Below are positions 26,128 through 34,200 of a stretch of 63,927 bases of DNA, piece after piece. This DNA is from a virus (Duplodnaviria; Caudoviricetes): positions 1 through 63,927 of the IMG/VR virus record IMGVR_UViG_3300048587_000084. One strand, given 5' to 3'. The number at the start of each line of letters is the position of its first letter. Positions within the stretch are counted from its first letter, which is position 1. The notes under the pieces were generated by a model, which was not told the DNA's origin, searched no databases, and saw only the letters and a list, made by a program, of their open reading frames with translations. A program made the translations under genes and the position numbers.

Positions 26128-26948
26128 ACGAGCGATACGAAATAGCCGCGCAAAATGACGGAGCTATCGACATCGCGCGCAATGGAGTGGACGAGGTGAT
26201 TCGGCTGGGCAAGCGGGTGGCGGAACTGGAGGCAGAGAATGCTTACCTTCGCGCAGCCAATAGCGATGGCGCGGAACTCGCGCAGAAGCTGCAAGTTGAT
26301 CGAGAAACGTTGCGCAACGAAGCATCCCGTCTACAGATGTTGGCGCGGCACCTCGTCCGCACCGAAGGCGACGACATCAAGCCTGGTCTCGCACTATTTG
26401 TGCAGGCAGAGCATATCGGCGCACTGCGCCTACAGCTTGACGCGATCGAGCGGGCGCCGACTGTTGGCCATGTGCGGTGCGCGATGGGTACTCTCTACAA
26501 GTTCCTGGCCGCGGACGCGCTGCACTACGACGAGATGCCGCCGGATGGTACTGAGCTGATAGCGCGGCCTGTGCCGTTACAGCAAACACACAGCAAAGTT
26601 ACAGCCACTTCTGAAAAAGGCGCGCAAGATGTTGATTTTGGTGCCGCTGGCCCGAATCGAACGGGCGACCTACTGATTACGAATCAGGGCGGAGATTGCT
26701 CGGAATCGCCGCAGAATCAAGAGCATAGGCAAGAACTGGCACCAGCCGCAACGGCTGATTCAGTGCGTTTGGGATCAAGCACCTACGATCCAGTTACAGC
26801 AACGCCAGCAGCGCTCAAAGACCACGAGATCGCCCAGCTGGTGAACGAGCTGCGCGACACGGCCATCAAGTATCGCGACGCCCAGCAGCTGCGCGAACGC
26901 ATCGCCGCCCTGGTGGTTCCGGCGCTGCGCGGGAAGCGCGCGCCGTGA
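26124..26948 (+). CDS. coiled-coil protein whose ORF spans attP
   Basis: GGAG RBS, open through attP, ends with KDHEIAQLVNELRDTAIKYRDAQQLRERIA. Confidence 0.65.
   Translation: MNERYEIAAQNDGAIDIARNGVDEVIRLGKRVAELEAENAYLRAANSDGAELAQKLQVDRETLRNEASRLQMLARHLVRTEGDDIKPGLALFVQAEHIGALRLQLDAIERAPTVGHVRCAMGTLYKFLAADALHYDEMPPDGTELIARPVPLQQTHSKVTATSEKGAQDVDFGAAGPNRTGDLLITNQGGDCSESPQNQEHRQELAPAATADSVRLGSSTYDPVTATPAALKDHEIAQLVNELRDTAIKYRDAQQLRERIAALVVPALRGKRAP
26576..26803. mobile_element. attP: core is the 3' half of tRNA-Thr(CGT) (26639-26687, minus strand), with an IHF site and arm-type repeats
   Basis: reverse complement CTGATTCGTAATCAGTAGGTCGCCCGTTCGATTCGGGCCAGCGGCACCA. IHF consensus match AATCAACATCTTG at 26625-26637. 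GTTACAGC at 26576, 26598 and 26793. Confidence 0.85.
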
Positions 26949-27151
26949 TCTGCCCCACCTGCCAGAACTTCCTACCCCTCGGCCAAAAGAACCCGATCGC
27001 CCCGCGCTGCACGTGGCAAGCGTCGCCCGAACAGATCGCCGTTCTGCGCTCAATTCTTCCCGCCCCGTCACTTTCGCGCGCGCTGGTGCAGTCGACACCA
27101 CACGAGGTGGAGGCCTGCGGCGCGCATTCACCTATTGGAGATTCACCATGA
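26945..27151 (+). CDS. small Cys-rich hypothetical protein
   Basis: CPTC...C...C, coupled. Confidence 0.6.
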   Translation: MICPTCQNFLPLGQKNPIAPRCTWQASPEQIAVLRSILPAPSLSRALVQSTPHEVEACGAHSPIGDSP

Positions 27152-27762
27152 CCTACCGCCGCGCCACCCTATCTGAGATCCGCCCAGGCTCCGTTGTGTT
27201 TGTCGACGCCGCGGTGATGTCGCTGGCCGACACCGACGAGCGCGTGAACGACGGCCGCACGGCCGTCCGCGTGCTGGACTCTGACGCTGCGCGCACGGGC
27301 GCAATCGTCGTTTGCGGGTTCCCATCCGTGACCATGGGGCGCGCGGCGGTCGCCGCGGTGCGGCCCAACATGATCTGGGTCCAGCTGGGCAACCCCGGCG
27401 ACCCGCTGCAGCCCGGCGCAATCCAGGAGCATCCGGACAAGGCGCCGACGCAGCTGGTCTACCCGCCCGGCATCGATATGTCGACGGTCGGCACGCCTGG
27501 CGGTCCAGCCGTCCCGCCGGCCGCCGTCCTCGCCCGCCCAGCTATCATGCACGCGGACGATCACACGTGGCAGCTCGAATGCCCCACCTGCCCGCTGGCC
27601 GCTGACGGCCCGCCGATGATCTGCGCCGCCGGCACGCGCCTGCCCGGTGGCGGCTTCATGATGGGCATGCACTGCCCGCACAACCACGGGCTGCGCCAAG
27701 AGTCGGGCGGCAGCAAGATTAGCATTGGGTGTTCGTACAGTGGAGTCGGGCATGAACCTTGA
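27148..27762 (+). CDS. hypothetical protein
   Basis: GGAG RBS, C-terminal Cys cluster. Confidence 0.7.
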   Translation: MTYRRATLSEIRPGSVVFVDAAVMSLADTDERVNDGRTAVRVLDSDAARTGAIVVCGFPSVTMGRAAVAAVRPNMIWVQLGNPGDPLQPGAIQEHPDKAPTQLVYPPGIDMSTVGTPGGPAVPPAAVLARPAIMHADDHTWQLECPTCPLAADGPPMICAAGTRLPGGGFMMGMHCPHNHGLRQESGGSKISIGCSYSGVGHEP

Positions 27763-27925
27763 ACCGTATGCCGCCGAGATTGAACATCTGTACGAAACGT
27801 CGAACCACGGAACAAGAAAAGAAGACATTGAGGCGGCATTCATAGCTGGGTTCAATGCCTGCAAGCTCGTAGTCCAAGCCAAGATCAAGAAGTATTTGGA
27901 TGCCGCCGCGCGCCGCAAGCCATGA
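27752..27925 (+). CDS. hypothetical protein
   Basis: GGAG RBS, EAAFIAGFNAC motif. Confidence 0.6.
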   Translation: MNLEPYAAEIEHLYETSNHGTRKEDIEAAFIAGFNACKLVVQAKIKKYLDAAARRKP

Positions 27926-28407
27926 TCACCCTCCCCTACCTCACCTTTTACATCGAGCGCCTGCGCGCGCACGACTGGCATTACGAGCAGTCTGACGATC
28001 CGCGCGTGTTCAAGGCTGGGCAGGCGGCCAAGCTGGCGCTGCAGCGTGAGGCGAAGCTCGACGACAGCGGCATGTTGCAATCGCTCTACGAGGCGATGGA
28101 GCGATCAGCATGGCGCCGTAGCAGCGGCCCGCACCAAGTTGTTGCGGATCTCACCTTCGACGAATACGCCGCCGTGATCCTCAAGCGCATCGATCCGAAG
28201 GCCTCGATGCCGACCGCCGTCCAGAAGCTGGCCAAGATCGTCCACACCCTCGCCGTCGCCCTCGCGCGCGCCGATCCTGACAACCGCGCCCCGCAACGCG
28301 CCCTCGATGCGCTCCAGTCCATGGGGCTGCTGGAGGCGACGCTCACTACGCCACCCAAGGAAGCTGCGGCGCTGTGCACACAAAATCAGGAGGTTAAACG
28401 TGGCTGA
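27922..28407 (+). CDS. hypothetical protein
   Basis: LRAHDWHYEQSDDPRVFKAG motif. Confidence 0.7.
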   Translation: MITLPYLTFYIERLRAHDWHYEQSDDPRVFKAGQAAKLALQREAKLDDSGMLQSLYEAMERSAWRRSSGPHQVVADLTFDEYAAVILKRIDPKASMPTAVQKLAKIVHTLAVALARADPDNRAPQRALDALQSMGLLEATLTTPPKEAAALCTQNQEVKRG

Positions 28408-29206
28408 GTTGCGCGCTTTCTACCACTGTGCGCATGTTCTGGACGAGGCAAGGACCACCCGGCTATTCCAGGCAAGCGAGGTCTGCGCAGAGATTTGCAG
28501 GATCATCAGTGCCTCACAAAAGTTTGCGGTGCCTGATAACTGCGAGATTCTTCGGCTCAGCCCCGCAGGCGTTAGGAAGGCGCTGCAAGAGTTCCCCATC
28601 AGGCTTCCCTATGAAAGCGTGGTTCTTGAGTTTGCCGGCGACGCCGATGGCGGCGGCAAGGACAAGTTAGTCCTTGCCATGGAACAGATCGGGGACAACA
28701 TCCAGTGCTATCGGGTACACAACCGCGAAGCTCGCGAGTCCCGCAAGCAATGGGTAGCCGACAATGTGCGGTATGACTTCATAGGGATCAGTGGGCATAG
28801 CCCAACGATTGGCCTGCACCATGCTGATTTTGGCACTTTTGACGATTGGCCGGAATACTACAAAGACATGGCGGCACTCATTCTTGGCTCTGTTGTCGAG
28901 TTCTGTGCGGCATTGGCGTGCAAGAACGTGGACGCACGGGATGTGATAGTTCCGCCAGAAAAGCTCAACAGGGCAAGAGTGAGACGCGGAAAGTCGCCGC
29001 TGCATGTCTACCGCGTGTTGTCGATATCCGGCCAGTCTGCCAACTCTGATGATCGCGGCGGGACGCACGCAAGCCCGCGCATCCACCTTCGGCGCGGTCA
29101 CATTCGCCGGCTTCCTATCGGTCCTGTGTGGGTAAACGCATGCGTCGTGGGCGACAAGTCGCGCGGCATCGTAACCAAAGACTACGCCGTTGTTGCACGC
29201 GTCTGA
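28400..29206 (+). CDS. conserved phage protein with HxRRGHxR C-terminus
   Basis: RLPYESVVLE, KLNRARVRRGK, ASPRIHLRRGHIRR; AGGAGG RBS. Confidence 0.78.
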   Translation: MAELRAFYHCAHVLDEARTTRLFQASEVCAEICRIISASQKFAVPDNCEILRLSPAGVRKALQEFPIRLPYESVVLEFAGDADGGGKDKLVLAMEQIGDNIQCYRVHNREARESRKQWVADNVRYDFIGISGHSPTIGLHHADFGTFDDWPEYYKDMAALILGSVVEFCAALACKNVDARDVIVPPEKLNRARVRRGKSPLHVYRVLSISGQSANSDDRGGTHASPRIHLRRGHIRRLPIGPVWVNACVVGDKSRGIVTKDYAVVARV

Positions 29207-29225
29207 CTTTCTAACCCGGTGAACC

Positions 29226-29253
29226 TCAAATTCCCGTGATTACGGGTATTTGA
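29226..29253. terminator. hairpin where the early and late units converge
   Basis: tcaaat-t-cccgt gatt acggg-t-atttga. Confidence 0.5.
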
Positions 29254-29272
29254 ATCCTTGCCACCCCTCAGA

Positions 29273-30001
29273 TCAGGGGGCAGCCATACCCAGCTGCCCC
29301 TCCAGCCGCGCCCGGATCCGCTTGTCCACGATGACCCCGTTGTCAGCCTGCGCGCTGTAGCGTGCGCGCGACTCCAGGCTGCGGCGGATGCTTTCGCTGG
29401 TGATGGCAAGCTCCGGGTAGGTGCGACTGAATGCGCGCATCTTCTGCAGTACGGCCTCGCGCGCGTCGACGTCGCCCAGGCGCCATGCCAGCGCGAAGGC
29501 ATCCATCAGGCGCGATCGGCGGCTGAGGATCGCCTGCTCGTAGTTCTTGATGTCGCGCGCGGTGTCGTAGGCGTTGGCCACGCTCGCCGGGCTGAACCCT
29601 GCGATCTGCGCTAGGCTCTCGAACACATTGAGGTCTTCGACGATCGCGTCGCCGCGGATGTTGTTCACGCCCTCGTCGAGATACCGCAGCGACTTCATCG
29701 CGTCCTTGAGCGCTTTGGGCATCATGGTTTCGACGCCACGCCACACGTGTCCCTCGCTCATCAGCTGCTGGCCGCGGAAGAAGTTGGTGATCATGCCGCC
29801 CATGGGGCCCGCCGCCTGCTCGAACAGATAGTTCGACCACGCGCGCCCTTCCAGCTCCCGATCGGGCTCGCGGAACCACAGATCGCTCATGCTCACGCGG
29901 CTGGCGATGCCGACACCGGTTAGCGCCTGAACTGGTCCACGCAACACCGCCTCGGATCCAGTATCGCCCAGCATGTCGCGCAGGAACGCGCGCGCCGTCA
30001 C
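29273..30001 (-). pseudogene. orphan paralogue of the giant protein's C-terminal about 240 aa
   Basis: aligns to 31298-about 32017 at about 66% aa identity (by hand); ORF intact but no RBS visible. Confidence 0.85.
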
Positions 30002-30017
30002 CGGGCGGTGCGCGCTT

Positions 30018-30578
30018 TTAGCAGTCGCGGCTCCCAGCCAGCGCCCTGCATCTAGCCCTCTCGTAAGCAGAGTTGTTTCGGCGATCGGTGTCGGACGGCC
30101 GGTAATAGTTGCTTTGGTCGCGGTACTCGGTCCGCCCGCTCATGTGAATATCTGAGTTGTACCGTTCTGGCAATGGCGCCTGCGGTGTGGTCTGCCGCGC
30201 GCGCGGAGGCACTGGCGGCTGCGGCACTGGACGGCGCACATCAACCAGCGCTTCGCGCGGAATCCCCGTCTGCGGATCCACAACCGTCCTGAACTCGCGA
30301 GTGATGTAGAAGGCTCCATTCGGAGGCGCCGGGCCATCGTGCCACGCCTCAGTTGGCGCGCCAGTTCCCGGATCGAATGCCTGCACCATGCGCCGCGTCT
30401 GCACCGGTGTCGGTGGCGGCGGCGCTACGATCTTCAGGTCTTGCTGCTGGTCGGCGGTTGCGCATGGCAGTTGCTGGTAGGACGTTACGCCGTCGTCCTG
30501 CTTGCACTTGAACATCTTCTGAGCTGGCGCAGCCCACGCGATCGCAATCAGCACCACAAACACCAGCCACCTGCCCAT
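30018..30578 (-). CDS. secreted DUF4124-domain protein
   Basis: signal peptide then MFKCKQDDGVTSYQQLPC. Confidence 0.8.
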   Translation of the reverse strand: MGRWLVFVVLIAIAWAAPAQKMFKCKQDDGVTSYQQLPCATADQQQDLKIVAPPPPTPVQTRRMVQAFDPGTGAPTEAWHDGPAPPNGAFYITREFRTVVDPQTGIPREALVDVRRPVPQPPVPPRARQTTPQAPLPERYNSDIHMSGRTEYRDQSNYYRPSDTDRRNNSAYERARCRALAGSRDC

Positions 30579-30650
30579 AGCCCCGCTCCGCTCGATCGAC
30601 GCGACAGCCTATTCCCGCCAGCGCGCGGCGGCAACCCCTCGAAATGGGGG

Positions 30651-31142
30651 TTAGTTGAGGGCGAGCCTCATCTGCGGATGCAGTTGCGCCAGCGCCTGCA
30701 GCTGCTGCGGCTTGATGTCCTGCCATCGCCGCATGTCGCGCGCGGACTCTGACACGTGGCGCTTGTCCGACAGGTGCTGCTGATAGGCCTTGTTGAAGGC
30801 GTCGAACGCCTGCATGGCTTGGGCGCGGATGAACTCGGCCATGCAGTCGAAGGCCCTGATGAACGCTTCTTTGATGCGTGCGGCCTCTCGCCCTGTGAAG
30901 CCCATCACGAGAAACATGAAGCCGTTTTTCGTCATGCGGACTTCGCGCCTGCTTTCGCCTTTTGCATCCAGGTATTCAACGGGCTCAAAATTGAGCCGGT
31001 TGAAATCCTCGCTGCACTCGATGTTCTCGTAGGCGCGAAGCACGTTCTTGTGCTGCTTCTTGAAATGCTTTGCCACGGTGCGCGAATCGGTGAACACGCC
31101 AGCATCGCTGGCGACAACAAAGTCCTGCGGAACGATATTCAT
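30651..31142 (-). CDS. rha: Rha family phage regulatory protein
   Basis: TDSRTVAKHFKKQHKNVLRAYE, LNFEPVEYLDAKGE, MTKNGFMFLVMGFTG. Confidence 0.92.
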   Translation of the reverse strand: MNIVPQDFVVASDAGVFTDSRTVAKHFKKQHKNVLRAYENIECSEDFNRLNFEPVEYLDAKGESRREVRMTKNGFMFLVMGFTGREAARIKEAFIRAFDCMAEFIRAQAMQAFDAFNKAYQQHLSDKRHVSESARDMRRWQDIKPQQLQALAQLHPQMRLALN

Positions 31143-31241
31143 AGTGAACTCCAATCTCCGGGCATAGGAGCGCGGCCGGCCGGGCTAGGAGACATCGCCC
31201 GGCACGTCGGCCGATCGTGCCTAGGCCGCGCGTAGAAACGA

Positions 31242-31269
31242 GAAAGGCCCGCGCGATGGCGGGCCTTTC
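31242..31269 (-). terminator. intrinsic terminator after the giant gene
   Basis: GAAAGGCCCGC-N6-GCGGGCCTTTC stem followed by CTCGTTTCT. Confidence 0.7.
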
Positions 31270-31297
31270 GGTGTTGCGTGTGTCGCTTGGTGGGTTG

Positions 31298-34200
31298 CTA
31301 CTGGGCCATACCGAGCTGACTTTCCAGCCTTGCCTTGATCCGCGGATCAACTACCACACCGTTCTCCGCCTGCGCGCTGAACCGTGCACGCTGCTGGAAG
31401 CTCTTGCGAATGCTGTCGCTGGTGATGGCCAGCTCTGGGTACTTGCGGCTGAACGCCATCATCTTGACGCGCACGTCTTCCTGCGCGTCGGTATCGCCCA
31501 GGCGCCAGGCCATGGCAAAGGCGTCCATCAGGCGGGTGCGGCGGGCCTTGATGTAGTCGGCGTAGCCCTTCACGTCGCCTCGGATGTCGTAGGCGTTGGC
31601 CACTGCGGCCGGCGCCATGCCCATAAGCTGGGCAATGGTCGGGATCACGCCCAGGTCATCCACCACCGGATCGCCGCGCATGTTGTTCACGCCCTCATCC
31701 ATGTAGCGCACGGCCTTCATCGCGTCCTTGATGGCCTTGGGCAGCATGGTTTCGACGCCGCGCCACACCTGACCTTCCTCCATGAGCTGCATGCCGCGCA
31801 GCGCACTGACGAACATGCCGCCCGCCACAGGGCCCGCTGCCTGCTCCAGCCAGTAGTGAGCCAGCGCCTGCCCTTCCATCTCGCGATCTGGCGAGCGGAA
31901 CCACAGTTCGCCCAAGCCAACGCGTGAGGCGATGCCCATGCCGGTGGCGGCCTGCACCGGCCCGCGCATGACGTACTCGGCGCCCTTCTCGCCCAGCATC
32001 TCGCGCCAGAATGCGCGCAGCTCGGTTTCAGCGTCCCACGGCTCGTCATCGTCGCCGAAAGCTGCTGCCAGCGCGTTCATGATGCCCATGACCATGCCCA
32101 TCATCGGCAAGCCCATGGTGCCGGAGAACAGCGCCGTCATCCCCAGCGTGCCGGTCAGCGCGCGCATGTTTTCCTTGCGGGTTGCGGGATCAGCGTCCTT
32201 GAGCGACTTCCACGCCATGCGGCCCAGCAGCCAGGTCATGCCCATGCTGTACTGCTTGAACTGCAGCAGCACCTTGGCCACGGCGCCGCGCATGTAGCGG
32301 CTGCGGTTGGACGCGCTGTAGTCGAAGTGGGTCTGGTTGACCGCCTTGTCGCCCAGCTCGATCGCCATGTCGTGGCTCTTGCCGGAGGCGCGCGCCATCC
32401 GGTAGGTGGCCAGCGACGTGGACTCACGGTTGACCACCTCGGCGCGGTGGAATAGGAACGAGGCCCAGCTCAGCGCCTTGTGCAGCATCGGGTTGTAGGT
32501 GTGCGTATCGGTTTCGCTCAAGCCTGCCAGGTTGTGCACCTGCGACTTGTCGAACGTGCCGCGGCGCTTGAACTCCGCGTAGGCGCGCTGCTCATCGTCG
32601 GTGAGCGCGCCCGGTCCCTCGATCTTGTCGGTATTGCCCAGGGTACGTGCCGACTGCTTGAACCCGCGCCACAGCTCGCGCGCGGCGACGTCGAAGCCAT
32701 AGCGCGCGCCGAGCACGGGGAACGACACCATGGCCGTCTGCAGCAGGTTGACCAGCGCGGCAGCGGGTGACACGGCCAGATACCAGAGGAAGCCTAGCGT
32801 GGTGAGCTTCTGCGCGGCGCCGGAGTCCTGCGGGTTCATCACCCACTCGTGCCGGTCGCGCAGCTCGCCCACCAGCTGCCCCGCCTTGTTGGCGTCCGGG
32901 CTGTCCACCTCGGCCATGCTGTCGGCCAGCGCCTGCGCCTTCAGTACCTGCGCATCCAGCTTGTGCGTGTATTTCAGGCGGGCAATCTGGTAGCTGCTGT
33001 GAAACACGTGGCTGGCCAGCGCGCGCACCACGTCCTCGCTGAATCCGGGCGTGCCCTTGCGATGGATGAAGTTCTTGCGCATGGACATTTCCGGCAGCGT
33101 CGTCAGGTACAGCTGATAGACGTCGTTGCGGATCTTGTCTGGCGCGTGGCTCTCCTGCAGCACTTTGTCCACCTCGGCGATGAACGATGCGCTGGCGCCT
33201 TCGAGCTGCCGCGTCATCTTCGACTTCACGCCGCTGCTGATTCGGGTGTAGCCGGCCGCGCTCAGGCGCTTTTTCACCATCCGCTGTTCTTCGGTGGACT
33301 CCTGCATGTGGAACTCGCGCGTGCCATCTGGCGCGGTCGCGGCCACAAAGTATTCGCCCCAGCGCGACAGAGGCACGTAGAACGGTACCCGGTTGCTTTC
33401 AAAGTTCAGCTTGAGCTGCGCGATCATCCGCGCCTTCTGGCGGTCGTCGGTGATGGCCGCTTTCAGGCTTTCCATCAGCGCGTCCTGATACTTGTCGCTC
33501 TGCGAGGCGTAGGCGTCGCGCAGCTCCACCCACAGCTTTTTGCCCTCGGGCGACAGCTTAGACCAGATCGGCTTCATGGCTGCGTGCGAGTCAGCGCGCT
33601 TTTTCTCCTGCGCCAGCATCTTCTTCGCCTGCTTTTTGCGCGCGATGAAGTGCTGCGCCGAGCCCGGCGACATTTTGGCCAGGTTGTCCATGAGCTTGGT
33701 GAACGCCTTGACGTTCGCCGGGGTCACGGGCTGGTTGCTCTGCTCGGTGGCGTCCAGCATCAGCAGCGGCTGGTGATCGGCCGCCGGGTCGACGCCGGCC
33801 AAGGTCGCATCCATCAGCATGCGGTACATCTTCAGCGCCTCGGCCTTGTTGGCGCCCTGGTACTTCATGGCGCCTTCGACAATGTCGATGCTCACCTGCT
33901 GCAGCTCATTGCGCAGCGTCTGCATGTGCTGCACGGTGTCCGCGTATTCGGCCACCGGCGGCAGCAAGTCCTCACCAAGCTCGCCAAGGTGGCGTAGCTG
34001 CAGCGCGCCGAGTGCAGCCGGGCGCCAGTCGGCGGCCTTGTCCTTGAGGCGCTGCAGCAGCGTCGTGTCCTTCGGGCTGATCGCTTCCTGGAGGCGGTCG
34101 ACGATGGTGGGCTCGGAGCCTTTGGCGAATAGTGCCCCTTGACGTGGCGCAACATCAGCAACCGAGTCATGCTCGATCGCGATCTTAGTTGGCGACTCCA

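Noticed and set aside
26639-26687. Second tRNA gene (Thr-CGT)
   Set aside because: Only the anticodon arm to CCA is present. Upstream sequence forms no D-arm or 5' acceptor strand, so it is an attP core.
29273-32017. Diversity-generating retroelement TR/VR pair
   Set aside because: No reverse transcriptase is visible, and differences between the copies look spread over all bases and largely conservative rather than adenine-specific.
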